IMG/VR virus record: IMGVR_UViG_3300045594_000287
Location: 32,001 to 96,000 of that record
Strand: one strand, 5' to 3'
From: a virus
Taxonomy: Duplodnaviria; Caudoviricetes
DNA length: 64,000 nt
The number at the start of each line of letters is the position of its first letter. Position 1 is the stretch's first letter. Of the stretch, positions 37,101 to 48,500 are shown one piece after another. The notes beneath the pieces are model-generated. The model was not told where the DNA came from, ran no database searches, and saw nothing but the letters and a program-made list of their open reading frames with translations. Both the position numbers and the translations under genes were made by a program.

Positions 37101-39106
37101 ATATTGAATACGCTACAGATCAGTGTGGCCAGAATCTTATCTGTGAAAACGATGGATTCAATAAGCTTTGGTATTCCAATGTAGATTCCATTTTATCCAT
37201 AACAGCCAATGGCGTAAGTGTACCTGTCAGTGAATATTTCTTCTTACCAAAAGAAGGCATCCTCGTATGGACTTCTTCGAAATATCATGGAAACACGATC
37301 CAGGTTCTCTATTCCTATAAAGTCCCAAAGTACATGGTATATCGCAGTATAGAGGCTCTCTACGATGTAATCGGATATAGCATAGAAGCTTACGCTGCGC
37401 TAAATAAAGACCCTGTAGTGCTTACTGACATGCACAATGGTGAAATTAGAGCAATAGATTTTGGAGGAAAAACTGCCGATAAAATCCTGGCCAAATGTAC
37501 GAACAGAAATTATCAGGTCACAATAACCGGATCAATGGTACGCACGGATCTTGTAAGTGATAAAGTAAAGGCTATTGCAAAAACAGGATATTACTACGAT
37601 GATGGCAAGGAATATTATCTATTTGGACATTTACACTCCGAAGAGATTTCAAAGTACTCCAACATAGAACTTCACAACGTTTCCGATATAGAAGATGAAC
37701 TTGAATTCATGCAGAAATCAACAAATCATCTCCTTGACACGTATATGCAGGGAGACCGAGAAGACGATATGTGTTTCGTTGACTTCAAGGCCCATAAGGA
37801 AATTGACGGCATTAGCCGGCTTGAATCAACAACTGCTTGCGACAGCTACAATTCTTGGAACGATTTCAATGTAGATATCAGCCTTGTCGAATCTAACGAT
37901 GGACATGCGATTAAATTTTTGCCAGAAGAAGACGATGCGTATGCCATCATGGAAATATCGAACGTAGTCAAAAAGAACTCAATCATAACCTTTGTCACGA
38001 CTGGTTCTGTAATTGCCAAGATCATGCGAGAAGTAAAAGCCGACGGCGACAGTATGTCAAAATCAATCTTTTCAGAACACTACGGAGACGTCCAGAAACA
38101 AGATGAATATTCATATTTCATCTTCGATGATAATACAGACTTATCCTATCGTTACTTCTTGATGATTCAGGGGAGCGGGACGATTGATTGTATTATTGCC
38201 AAAGACTATGTAGCCGAGGAGAGCGTAAAACTCATACATGAAAAGCAACTAGGCGTGCTTGGTTTTAATGTTGAAGAAGCTCTAGTAAAAAACTCCAAAG
38301 TCAATATGAGTTTTGACACCCAATATAATGTGCTCGACAACCTCGAGCTGGATAAAGCCGGCCGGCTGAGAACAGGATCAAATGTAGATTATGGTGTAAC
38401 AAAACTGTTTGATTCCAGGCTTCATATGGGAGAAAGCAAAAACATCGATATCGTCATAAAGAAAAATGCTTTCTATTCTGAGGGGAAACAGGGGACGATA
38501 GTATTCTCTGATATTTATCTTCGTAACTATCAAGCAATTACCGGACTGTATGTGAAGGTAAATGATGTAATTATTGACAAGATGAATAACTTCAACATCA
38601 GAGCATACATGAAAACATCCCTAGATGAATCATACAACTCTGTAGAATACAGTCGTAAGACAAATCTCCTGGCCATTTACAAATCAAAGATAGCACCTTA
38701 TCTACAGATTGAAGTAGAAATGCCAGCCGATAGAGTAATAAATAACATAGAGATTTATGCAAGATATGCAGAGACCGGTGGCGGCCTCTTCATTGAAACG
38801 TATGATTCCGGCACATTCCTGAGCAAAGTATATGACACCATGCAGAGCGCTAACTACAAACTTGTAGGATTAGACGGAACAGCTAAGAAGCTTGACCGTA
38901 TTTCACTGAGCATGAGAGGCTGCAGATGGGACGACAACGGACATGAAGTATGGACAGACTGGTATCCAATGAAACTTAGGGATGATCTCACGATCGACAG
39001 CGAAGGGCACTCATTTGATGGATATCAACTATTCCAATTCATGATAGACCTGGATCATAAAGATGCAGAAATCACAATTAAAGATTTCATTCTCGAGGTG
39101 ATTTGA
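34109..39106 (+). CDS. Large baseplate wedge/structural protein (1665 aa)
   Basis: WNIFDEFAMFSGLSRYEDETNADL..R motif (wedge-like); beta-rich; baseplate operon context. Confidence 0.6.
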   Translation: MLSARNTFLNLAKKFPKWMDVHKRPLKSVGGKYLQSIVEEQNDIQSALNDFESDFFLVSYIGRENDIVAIVYVIPVGDVAIDMIVPAVSVTFDTREFLLSPGKFALIQNGFLILHPDATPKDLKVRYSYNGNEYGGLLTKQYIWNIFDEFAMFSGLSRYEDETNADLLKRCLLAFRNQTNSTEKGLKNAIINSVENYLPITKDQITFEALDENNLTIEDDDFGTLYEKLAQFNQDIFRTKKWDMDTWEHNFKQLEWVPHIWDAKIETYQDGTGQGNDIQVQLTSNSKDELTDVEAYGYVKSSVSIDEYTRKKSIRKKITLNLEQYKDELKATSVGYRITATDLLKIDPQSISIKSMTKTTGQTVQYLSDIVTDHGDATIVRRDQVLETGTYRLKFIPKNNFSDMSISKATYKSPNGSTKDLRIESGRFKRNGNVIRDTDVLLHATNTNQCCSYSKITNSPEGFMLEAGETEGEFSIDVTDMGGHPVTFEDSCIVSDITQSQSYVKSNGFDLTSENVLSATTQDMTPTLDIDIDCVSLSFDFLKSVKAEEQGSATVIIKVDGKVDEVNSGLWTGARTYNRKFSKLSRVQIHIQKAGMSPISFGNFKASRYEIAMSLEHGDFIHTPFATLIPNLKDVQRNILHVKIKTYSIYSPIVKYVHIGASLQGVSYDLTGLQLDAGGSLDIDSTCRVELYRMEDGRSLLLNGDYITKPLYRNDTDESVLLSLDVSAFETIEKSSMPISKTVYKGNMTSYVTLYPGETEESITITGKTYTSQESHTLAYLLGITTDEDVYVSKGASGFIVYNTKNLDERMETIPRSRFNSSADTFSYEGLPDTMSAWFSIEDTVIQTNKLQTIFDTTYITPLKGTEYIAYNTTKLLSSSMSNVQIVDVFYPLLDTSKLLLYRIEPDAAGTLSSTVLFEKEIDGKEVYEDWSFGRKKNGIRIQADLDYKNSSNYAVDETQVDDYYVISNNIELKDKYTIDGAESELARYIIKPPAGMDIEYATDQCGQNLICENDGFNKLWYSNVDSILSITANGVSVPVSEYFFLPKEGILVWTSSKYHGNTIQVLYSYKVPKYMVYRSIEALYDVIGYSIEAYAALNKDPVVLTDMHNGEIRAIDFGGKTADKILAKCTNRNYQVTITGSMVRTDLVSDKVKAIAKTGYYYDDGKEYYLFGHLHSEEISKYSNIELHNVSDIEDELEFMQKSTNHLLDTYMQGDREDDMCFVDFKAHKEIDGISRLESTTACDSYNSWNDFNVDISLVESNDGHAIKFLPEEDDAYAIMEISNVVKKNSIITFVTTGSVIAKIMREVKADGDSMSKSIFSEHYGDVQKQDEYSYFIFDDNTDLSYRYFLMIQGSGTIDCIIAKDYVAEESVKLIHEKQLGVLGFNVEEALVKNSKVNMSFDTQYNVLDNLELDKAGRLRTGSNVDYGVTKLFDSRLHMGESKNIDIVIKKNAFYSEGKQGTIVFSDIYLRNYQAITGLYVKVNDVIIDKMNNFNIRAYMKTSLDESYNSVEYSRKTNLLAIYKSKIAPYLQIEVEMPADRVINNIEIYARYAETGGGLFIETYDSGTFLSKVYDTMQSANYKLVGLDGTAKKLDRISLSMRGCRWDDNGHEVWTDWYPMKLRDDLTIDSEGHSFDGYQLFQFMIDLDHKDAEITIKDFILEVI

Positions 39107-41253
39107 TGTTCGAACCAAACAGCAGAATAGAACGTGTTGATAATGGCATCCGCTTTTACGAGCAGGACATACTCTGCTCTTCATATATTTTCGAGGGCAA
39201 TCTGGTAGTCGATGTAAAATTCGACTACCTAGCTCCCGGTTTTGGAATTGTTATAGCAGATGATAACGACAAAGGATTTATCGACTCAAAGTATGCCTAC
39301 TTCTTTAAGCTCGGAATAGACTCATTCAAGATATACGAACGGCATATGAATTCAGTAGACAACCCGCAGACAAACTCATGCATATTTGCGCCTGGAGACA
39401 ACAAGCTGAATCAGCATATAGCATTAGAGATAGGCAATACGCATGTCGCAATGAAGCTCATTCGCAGCAACAATGACGGTGTCGACGATACAATAGAACT
39501 TGGTTCATATGATTTCAAAAATGAGTTTGGACGATACCGGGTCGGAATATATTCCAATGCTGGAAACGTCGTACGCTCTCTGACATTCAAATCAGGAGCT
39601 CCTAATAACTGGAGAACCAGTATCAAAAATACCTTTGGCGGACGCATTGCATTCATGCAAGATGGTTTCGAGTTCGAAAACTGCGCACATGATGCAGAGA
39701 TCGAGCAGGAAGACGTGGACTTAAAGGCCGGGACATACTTCATGGATTATAAAACATTCAATGTAAATGGTAAGTTCGACATCGAATGTTACATATTCCC
39801 ATCCAAGATGTCGCGAGTAGAAGATAAGCAATTTGAAGATCCTAAGAAACAGCTGCTGAAAAAGGATGGCAGCTTTACCATCGATAAGGATATGAAGGTA
39901 AACGTAAAATTCAAAGGGACATATGGAAAAATCACAAACATCTGTATGAAAGATAATCGAGATAGTTCTTTTGTCAGAACTGAAGGAGCTCCTATATCCA
40001 ATGACGGCAGCTGGATAGCCGTAAGCTTAACGGGGGTACGTTCGGTAGAATGGACTGGCATAATCACAAATACCCCAAAATGGTCCGACCTGACAAAGCC
40101 ATGTCCATATGCGATATTTTCTACAAGCAACATAACAGTGACAAAAGAAAAAAGCGATATCACTTTCGGCAGTTACTTCGACTTCAAATATACAGTTGAC
40201 ATTGGGATGCTAACGATAACGGATCCGGCGACCGGTCTGTCGCACTCCATCGATGCGCCGCTATCTGCGGCAGACAACAATACTATAAAAATCTTCCAAA
40301 ATATCACCGCGGTAATTACAAAGTTCGTTATTACTGATCACAACGGAAGAGAGAACAGCGTTCTCTTTTCAAAAGGATTTCATTCTTACGTGCCAGGATC
40401 AATCAACAGTCCTATAATCATCACATCAAATAAGGGCGCAGCACTCGATCTTTCGGCGGCTTATCGGGAAGTTGTACTTCCACAAGTTAAGATTGAACTT
40501 TTCAACCTGAGCAAACCATTGGAGTTATCCGAACACATCGTTAGTTCATTTAGCGAAATCGAATTGTATGGTATTCCACATGGGGTTACGGTGTCACCAC
40601 AAGAAACCGAGATCAGCAAATATGCTCCAGGAGCAATCAGAATCTCGGATGAAAAATATGTGGCCAACGGAAATGTGATAACTCTTGATCAGACTACTCG
40701 AGAAAAGTTCAGATATATCGCTGCCAGGTATATAAGTGCAGAGAATTATAGTTACCAGTTTACAAATGTAGAACGAGAGTTGTTTTCCAGTTCGCAGAAG
40801 CGATTCATCGTATCGAAAAAAATTGCTAAGTCAAGTGATGCAGTAAATGTATATGGTATACCAGAGTCTGCAGAGATATGTGAAGATCGTTTCTTTAGGA
40901 TCCCTCAAAAGACGATGACGCACTCAATTGACCTATATGCAGATAAATACGACGCATTGCCCGCCGCAGCGTATACAGTATTGAAAGAGATGAACGAGAT
41001 CGTAATCGATCCTTTCTACAAAAAGAAGTATTGCAAGTTTATAATCGATTACGACAAGGCGGACAGCTATTCGATCAATTTCTCGAGCGACATATCACAA
41101 TACGAAATTGATGTAATGTCGACCGATTCTCGAGTAACACTTTCATACGACATGTACGACGATGGCAGTGTGAATGATTATATCAAGACCGATATAGTTC
41201 CTGATAAAAGTAAGTATATCGTGCTCAAGAGAAAGAGGATGAAAGAGAATTGA
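39103..41253 (+). CDS. Putative baseplate structural protein (716 aa)
   Basis: Long beta-rich ORF overlapping both neighbours; the start may be the ATG at 39106. Confidence 0.6.
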   Translation: MMFEPNSRIERVDNGIRFYEQDILCSSYIFEGNLVVDVKFDYLAPGFGIVIADDNDKGFIDSKYAYFFKLGIDSFKIYERHMNSVDNPQTNSCIFAPGDNKLNQHIALEIGNTHVAMKLIRSNNDGVDDTIELGSYDFKNEFGRYRVGIYSNAGNVVRSLTFKSGAPNNWRTSIKNTFGGRIAFMQDGFEFENCAHDAEIEQEDVDLKAGTYFMDYKTFNVNGKFDIECYIFPSKMSRVEDKQFEDPKKQLLKKDGSFTIDKDMKVNVKFKGTYGKITNICMKDNRDSSFVRTEGAPISNDGSWIAVSLTGVRSVEWTGIITNTPKWSDLTKPCPYAIFSTSNITVTKEKSDITFGSYFDFKYTVDIGMLTITDPATGLSHSIDAPLSAADNNTIKIFQNITAVITKFVITDHNGRENSVLFSKGFHSYVPGSINSPIIITSNKGAALDLSAAYREVVLPQVKIELFNLSKPLELSEHIVSSFSEIELYGIPHGVTVSPQETEISKYAPGAIRISDEKYVANGNVITLDQTTREKFRYIAARYISAENYSYQFTNVERELFSSSQKRFIVSKKIAKSSDAVNVYGIPESAEICEDRFFRIPQKTMTHSIDLYADKYDALPAAAYTVLKEMNEIVIDPFYKKKYCKFIIDYDKADSYSINFSSDISQYEIDVMSTDSRVTLSYDMYDDGSVNDYIKTDIVPDKSKYIVLKRKRMKEN

Positions 41254-43022
41254 AAATCAACTTGCCAAAGCATGATATAAAAGAGGTAGAAAACGTAGGG
41301 ATCAAAGAAATCCCTCTCGCTTATATTGATACTCATGACGATGTGTATCATGCAAACGTAAACGTAGAGAAACAATTTGTAAAGTCACAAAGCAAGAAAA
41401 TTAGGCCGTATGACGAGTTTGAAGATCCGGACATGTATTTCTATGATAGCAACAATAAACTCGTCACAAACGTAGCCCTGAAGCGTCTGGGCAACCGTTA
41501 TGTATACGAACCGACTTCGATTACTGAATTTACCCCGGAAACATTTAGCTGCGATATCACAATCCAGAGAAATATGTCGTACTCTAATGATAACGATATT
41601 GACCTTTCGGTTTGTGTTGTTGAGCAGAGCAACGTGCTGGAGCTATCAGGCGACCTGATATCAATCTGTGGAGACGCACCAAAGCGAGGGATATGTCCAT
41701 CACACATCACCGTGAATGGAGGGTCGATGAGCCCATATTCCTTTACTGCATCGGACTATAAAACATGCGACTTTATGTTCATCGATTCTTTTGACGGGAA
41801 ACATATCCGTTCAGAAAATAACGAAGAACTCATCGATATAGATACCATATTAAACGAACATGTAAATGTATGGCTTAGCGTATCTTCATTCGGTGACATG
41901 CTGAGAAAATGTGATGACTCTTTTAAATCGCTTACCATAGCTTCTCCAATGCTCTATCAGAATAAAGAATACTTATCATCTAAGCCTGATAAAATGTCTA
42001 TCTTCGACCGGTCGAAAACGTTCGAGGCCTACAGCAAGAAGGATTACGAATACGAATTTTTATGTGATGCAGTACTGATTCTTCATAAGGCTGGTTGCGG
42101 CTTCGTGATTGTATCTCCAAGAGCTTTCTTTGATGATATAAACCAGTACGCCGGCATAGTATACGAAGCGATGATGAATGTATATTGCCGAGGATATTAC
42201 AAAGCATCATCCCCTAAGACATGGATCACTGATTATCCTATTGATTCTATAGCATACCAGACTGCTCCATTAAATAAAAACCATGGGCGTCTCAACATAA
42301 ATGATATCCTGGTGAGCAATGGAATTAAGGGGAAAACGGCCTTTCGTATTGTATCTATCAAATGCAGCTCAAACAATATCCTGTTCAATGGCATCGATTC
42401 GTCCGGAAATATGAGCTTCAAAAAATTGATAACAAATACAGATCCGGTAAAAAAAGAAGGACAAGTTTCGTATTACACCACAAAACAAACCGTAATTTAC
42501 TATATGCAGGAAGATATAAATCTGATTGAAGTTCCATTCGATGTAAAGTACCGGGCAGACGGCAGTACAGTATATATAATAATAAACCCATATCATAGCT
42601 CTGCTTCTAAAATTAACTCTGATGACCAACAGGAGCTGAAGATCCCAAATAACAATGGAGTTTATTTTATCTGTACCAAACCGAGCAAACCAGATTTGTC
42701 TAATGTATATAGTTTAGTCCTAGATTCCGAGTACCAGCCAGACGTTCACGGCTATAAAATGGCCACGGTAAATATCGTGACCACGCCGCAAACAAAGCTT
42801 TATGATATCCGAATCATGGGCGGAGGGCTGCCAAAGGTGCTACCGGACGACTACAACATGATAGATATCGGAAATATCAATGGACGCCCATACAGGGTCG
42901 GATCAACATCGATTATACGCCTGCCCAAAAAATATGAACCATACAAGGAGAAGATACTCGATGCCATAAACATGCACGCGGCTTCAGGAGATTATCCTTT
43001 ATTGGTTTTTGAAAAGGAGTAA
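41250..43022 (+). CDS. Putative baseplate structural protein (590 aa)
   Basis: TTGA overlap with the upstream gene; C-terminal DIRIMGGGLP...DIGNINGRPY...IIRLP segment; operon context. Confidence 0.6.
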   Translation: MKINLPKHDIKEVENVGIKEIPLAYIDTHDDVYHANVNVEKQFVKSQSKKIRPYDEFEDPDMYFYDSNNKLVTNVALKRLGNRYVYEPTSITEFTPETFSCDITIQRNMSYSNDNDIDLSVCVVEQSNVLELSGDLISICGDAPKRGICPSHITVNGGSMSPYSFTASDYKTCDFMFIDSFDGKHIRSENNEELIDIDTILNEHVNVWLSVSSFGDMLRKCDDSFKSLTIASPMLYQNKEYLSSKPDKMSIFDRSKTFEAYSKKDYEYEFLCDAVLILHKAGCGFVIVSPRAFFDDINQYAGIVYEAMMNVYCRGYYKASSPKTWITDYPIDSIAYQTAPLNKNHGRLNINDILVSNGIKGKTAFRIVSIKCSSNNILFNGIDSSGNMSFKKLITNTDPVKKEGQVSYYTTKQTVIYYMQEDINLIEVPFDVKYRADGSTVYIIINPYHSSASKINSDDQQELKIPNNNGVYFICTKPSKPDLSNVYSLVLDSEYQPDVHGYKMATVNIVTTPQTKLYDIRIMGGGLPKVLPDDYNMIDIGNINGRPYRVGSTSIIRLPKKYEPYKEKILDAINMHAASGDYPLLVFEKE

Positions 43023-43025
43023 ATT

Positions 43026-44984
43026 ATGGAAAACTTAATCGATCTCGACTTCGCGCCCGGTATCAGGGCCAGCGACATAAACAGCAACTTCAACTTAATA
43101 CATGATTGGCTGGAACGTGAACGCCTTCGTACTGCAGGCTGGGGATTAGTAGAAGGTTTCGAGATGTCTGCTAACCTCAATGATTTCACCGTGACAGTAT
43201 CGGCCGGCATCATGATAAACCGGAAGGGTGAAGAGGTTCATGTGCCAGGGCATACATTCAATGTTGGCAGCCCGATAACGGTAGCCACGGTAGAGGATGT
43301 CGTAGTTCCGGAAGATGGACATATCATCCTTAAGCATCGGCCGTATTCTCCGAAACTTCGCGGATATATGACTTATAATCCGCCCAGGGATATCAACTAC
43401 CCAGACCCGAATGAATTCAAAATTGAAGATGTCGTTACGGGTATGGTGATTCCAGTGTCCCAGGTGGTCGGCAGCGATGTGTTCGTAAACATAGATGCAT
43501 GGAAGGGACATGAAGTAACCATATCATATCTAAGCACCGAGAATCGAATCGACTCTATCATGCTGAATCTTGATGGTGAATACATGTACGAGAAGAGCAT
43601 CATATCAACTTCCCCTTCTCATGTGGACCTTTCGGATTACGTGAACACATTCACCATCGGCATCGTATACTGGGACATACAAGAAAGCATACGCGTACAG
43701 TTCTTCGATGAGCATCGTACGTTCCGTAAGATATACGTCGACCAGAATAACAAGCTGTATCTGAACGGCAAGCTCTACAAAGATGCTCAGATGATCTATT
43801 TCGAGAAGCCTGAGTCACCGATGATGCATGACCTATGGTATGACGAGATGAACAATGTCCTCATGATATGGAAGGAAAAGGATGGCATTGTTGGATGGTT
43901 TACCGTGAACGATCAATCGTCGATGCCGGTACGAGAGATAAAGATGTGGAAGCCAGAAGAGAATCCGCTCGACCTGCAGACGTTCCTGTTTGCGGATAAC
44001 GAAGTGAATTATCGTTATGTACCAAACACGAATGCGGTCACTGTCATCGTGGACAACACCCCGTTGATGAATGATCAATTCTCTGAGGTATTGATGCCAT
44101 GCTATAAAGATTATATGAGCACAGGAATCGGGATAAAGCTGGCCGAGCCTCTGGATCATGCCGCCCATGTCCAAGTCGTTGTGACACATAGGGTACGCAG
44201 CTCGCCGCTGACAGAAACTTTCCAGCGTGCAGCGATCTTCATATCAGAAGGCGCTGACTACTATGACATCTCAAACAGCAGGAAGATCTTTACTACGAAG
44301 AGCGAGTTCGTCATCGGCGAGGATCAACTCGAGATATTCGTGAACGGGAAACGACTGGAAGAGCATAAGGACTTCGTCGAACTCAATCGACAGCAACAAG
44401 ATGCCACTGAAAATGATAGAGACTATATGAGCAGATACTTCAGAATCATAGCTGCTCTTAACAGTGGTGATCGCGTAGTTCACAAAATCAGCAAACATGT
44501 CTGGAGCTATGACCAGCTCGATCGTCTGTTGAAAGAAACGCAAATGGATGTAGAAGAGGCATTAAAAGAGTGTAAATTATTGCGGCAAGATCTAACCCAG
44601 ACGAACGCTGACTTCTCCAATCAGTTTGACGGGCTCTGCACTGAGATAGACGATATCAAAGCAGGAATTTCGAACACAGGAGATTTTCTACATAAAAACG
44701 ATGTACTCACTGCCGCCAATCTAAATGACGACATTCGCAAAAGACTGATCGGCAGCAGGATTGAGGAGCTTATGCCAACAACGGCAATCGTAGCAATAAA
44801 AAATTGCACGCCCAATGACTTCTTCCAGGTCCACTATGTTAGTGAGACTGTAAATCGAATCCTAATTAGGGATACAGAATATGCCGCTCAGACTGAAGGT
44901 ATAAACATGCTTATTAGCCTGCAGGCGAATCTCATCTCAAAGGGAGCAAGTATATATGTGACAGGATTTAGATTGGGGGCATAA
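43026..44984 (+). CDS. Baseplate/tail-fibre attachment protein (652 aa)
   Basis: GIRASDINSNF...GWGLVEGF...VTVSAG.MINRKG N-terminus, P...HDLWYD motif and a coiled coil. Confidence 0.6.
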   Translation: MENLIDLDFAPGIRASDINSNFNLIHDWLERERLRTAGWGLVEGFEMSANLNDFTVTVSAGIMINRKGEEVHVPGHTFNVGSPITVATVEDVVVPEDGHIILKHRPYSPKLRGYMTYNPPRDINYPDPNEFKIEDVVTGMVIPVSQVVGSDVFVNIDAWKGHEVTISYLSTENRIDSIMLNLDGEYMYEKSIISTSPSHVDLSDYVNTFTIGIVYWDIQESIRVQFFDEHRTFRKIYVDQNNKLYLNGKLYKDAQMIYFEKPESPMMHDLWYDEMNNVLMIWKEKDGIVGWFTVNDQSSMPVREIKMWKPEENPLDLQTFLFADNEVNYRYVPNTNAVTVIVDNTPLMNDQFSEVLMPCYKDYMSTGIGIKLAEPLDHAAHVQVVVTHRVRSSPLTETFQRAAIFISEGADYYDISNSRKIFTTKSEFVIGEDQLEIFVNGKRLEEHKDFVELNRQQQDATENDRDYMSRYFRIIAALNSGDRVVHKISKHVWSYDQLDRLLKETQMDVEEALKECKLLRQDLTQTNADFSNQFDGLCTEIDDIKAGISNTGDFLHKNDVLTAANLNDDIRKRLIGSRIEELMPTTAIVAIKNCTPNDFFQVHYVSETVNRILIRDTEYAAQTEGINMLISLQANLISKGASIYVTGFRLGA

Positions 44985-44988
44985 CACA

Positions 44989-45435
44989 ATGGACAAGGCA
45001 AACATTTCATGGTACGCAAAAACTGGAGCGGATATAAAATATGCTGCTACGGAAGAGATATATGCAGGTACTCATACAGACGAAACCCCGGTAACGGCAT
45101 CCGTTCAACTTTGGAACAATCGCTGGGGAAAGTATGATGTAGAGGATTTGGCAAACTTCAACATCCTGATGTATTTCAGAGAACTTGAAGATTTCGCGCT
45201 ATTGCCGTATTGCTCGATAACGGTAAACGGGAAAGCACAGAATTTCGAGTACATAAACCATAGAGCGATCATAAAATTCGATACACCGCCGATCCTCAAA
45301 GGGACGGCCAACAATGGCAAGAGCGAGGGAAATGAAAACAATTATTTAGCATTCGATATAACCTTCTCGGCGCCAAACAAAAATCTCAAGGAGGACGATC
45401 TGAAGTCTTTATATTTCGAGATCGTCAAACAATAA
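44989..45435 (+). CDS. Small putative virion protein (148 aa)
   Basis: Last ORF of the baseplate block; LWNNRWG motif. Confidence 0.6.
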   Translation: MDKANISWYAKTGADIKYAATEEIYAGTHTDETPVTASVQLWNNRWGKYDVEDLANFNILMYFRELEDFALLPYCSITVNGKAQNFEYINHRAIIKFDTPPILKGTANNGKSEGNENNYLAFDITFSAPNKNLKEDDLKSLYFEIVKQ

Positions 45436-45498
45436 CGGGGTATCAAAGGTAATAAATCCTATGAGCAAAGAATGATGGCTCGTAGGGGGACAATCATC

Positions 45499-45526
45499 AG
45501 GAGTAGTCTTCCGGCTACTCCTTTTT
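45499..45526 (+). terminator. Rho-independent terminator upstream of the fibre genes
   Basis: AGGAGTAGTC-TTCC-GGCTACTCCT-TTTT. Confidence 0.8.
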
Positions 45527-45558
45527 CGTTCCTCAAAATATAGAATGGAAGTGAAATA

Positions 45559-48500
45559 GTGGACACAGAGTTCAATAAAGTACAAGCAGAAGTGCTGACA
45601 ACTGATGTTACAACGAATCCATATATGGATGAAACTCCGAGATATTCTACTAACAAAGGGCTGAAAACGACCAAGAAGAATGTCATCGGAGCTATCAATG
45701 AGCTGCTTGAAGCTATTGGAGAATTGACAGATGGATCCGGCGCCGATGCAAGAGTGAGCAAAATTATCGACGTAGTCGGAAATTTCTTCAATAACCCGGA
45801 TTTGCTTACGAAACTAAAAAGCATAGATAATTCTTTGATTGAAGCTGTCTGCGATATTAATGTCCAGCTGCAGGAATTAAAGAAGAAGCAGGATGACAAC
45901 TCCCTGGATCAAATCACAAAAACGATTGAAGAATTTCGAAGCATTGTAAAAGATGCAAAAGATACAGCTTATGAAGCAAAAAAGATAGCGCAGCAAGCGC
46001 TTAGCGAGATAGAGCGCATAAGCGATGCTCGATCCACTGGCGTGAAGAAATACAATATCGTATCTGACATGATAAAGGATACCGGATTGCGTTGTGATCT
46101 ATATGTCGAAACGTTAGGGTATTTCTATGTTGGTGATGAAGGCGGTGCTACGTATCATATCGAAGCAAACAACCTGAATAAGCCATGGGCTATTCAACTC
46201 GACAATGGCTACTATGCCTGCATAGCTGAGACGAAACGCGTAACATATCGTATGTTTGGCGCGCCTCTAAATGGTACTGATGATGATGGCCAAGCTATGG
46301 CATGGGCGCATGATTACGCTAACAGCATCTACACGAAAGACGAAACTGGCCGTATTTTTCAGTACCCAGTAACCGTAGAAAATCATCATGGACAAATCTA
46401 CAAAAAGAATAAAACCTTTATCAGCTGTTATACGAATGTTGACCTATCAGGATCAACACTCATACTTGACGACAACAATAGCACATGGTTTGGGCTGTAT
46501 GTTCTTGGAGATAATGATTCAAATTACTATAACTATGAGTTCACTCCAGAACAAAAAGCAGAACTTGTAGAAGACAGCTATCATTTTAGTATGCTTGATA
46601 ACAGTATTCCTGGTAACGTTGCGATCAAAATGGATGAAGGCCCATATGTTGCTCGTGATGACGCCGGGTATATGTACACTGTAAACCGTCGTGAGCTATT
46701 GATACACGACATGCATGGAATATGCGCTAGTCCACTCGTAAATGATTGGTCGGATGCTGGAGGCCGAGATATTAATTGTCCAACTACTGATGAAATAACA
46801 AAAGTGGTCAGCTTATATCATCACACTACTCATAGTACAGTTTCATTTACGCACATTCCTAACCAAAGAATATGTTTTACCGGCTGTGATGTCCTGCTTA
46901 ATCAAGGTGCAGATAAATACTGCTCGATCCTTTGGGTAAAACGCCACAATTGCATCGTTAAGGATTTTGTCATGAGACCTCATCGTGACAAACTGCGCAA
47001 CAGCATGTTCAAGAACTCCATGATCTACATCTGGGATTCATACAATGTGGTTGTACAGAATATCCAGGGATTCAACTCTTCCGGCCGCAGTGATGACGGA
47101 AAAAAATGGAACGCTACATCTGGTTACATGGTTCGTATGACGAACTGTTCGGATGTCGTCGTGAGGGACTGCCGGCTGCTCGGATATTGGGGTGCCACCG
47201 CGATGGACTCCACAAAGAATATCCGCTTTGAGCGCTGCCAGATCAATCGTATTGATTCCCATGACTACGTATCGAATCTTTCGATTGATGATTGCATCAT
47301 ATATAACCATGGTGTACAGGTTGGTTATGGAACAGGCATGCTTTCTATCACAAACTGCGCATTTTATCTGAAGCCGATCGTTGATATGCCATATCCAGAT
47401 AACCATCTCCTTGAGCTTAATCTTTCATACGGTCGAGTGTTTGGTGGAAAGGTATATATCAACAACTGCAGATGTCAAAGCTTCGATTCATCCGACTATA
47501 AACTGGTAAAAGCAGAGTTCAGTCCAAATGCTGTATCGATACAGCCGCAGTTCAAGTTCCCAGAGATCACAATAGAAAATATTAAAGTCGATCTGCCGAA
47601 GGGAACCAATCTGATCTATATACAAGTTGAAGGTAGTCGCGATGCACATAGCGGAACAACTGCAACCAAACCTCGCCATATAACTTACCAGACGGAAGAT
47701 AACGATATTATCTGGGAATATCACGGCCGTGTATTTGATTGGGCTCCAGGCGTCCGGGTAGAAGTAGACGACGTCTTCAAGAACGCTTACGGGTATTTCG
47801 TATGCCGTAAGGCAGGCCAGCTAGATACAAAGAAAAATCCTGATGACACGTCGGGGAATTGGTTTGCGAATGGCTCTTCAGAATGCCGTTTTATCGGAGT
47901 AAGCGCCATATGGAGAGCACGTCATAAATATAATGTCAATGACATCATCGTTGTAGAGCCAAACCATGACTTCCCCGGATTCGTCTATAAGTGCGTAAAC
48001 GTAAAAAAAGCCGGCGGTGAATCTAACGGCGAGATGCCTGTACATGAAGAACTCGGAAAAGTAGTGCTTGAAGGTACGCAGGTTCCTTTGGATGGTATCC
48101 CCTGGAAATACATTGGTAAAAAAGCGAATCTCATAAAAGATTGGCCTGTAGGTGGAGAAATTGTCAAAGATGAATATTATCTCTGCGGAAGAAATATCTA
48201 TCACGTTATTCAGAGCGGCACTACTGATCCACAAACTTCACCAACGCAGCGCGGATGGTTCTTCCAGGAAATAACTGGTAAAGCAGTTGTCGAATATGTT
48301 GGCGGCCTTTGGGAGCCTCAAATGTGGTTTGACTTAAACTCTTACTGCATTGCCAACGACAATGTATACCAATGCGTGGAGCATTATGGTACAACAACCG
48401 GTGAGTACCCGCAATACAACAATGGATATGCGAACGACAACGACATCATCTGGAAAGATTTAGGGTCAACAAAGGACCTCTTGAGATCTTGGACTGCCCA

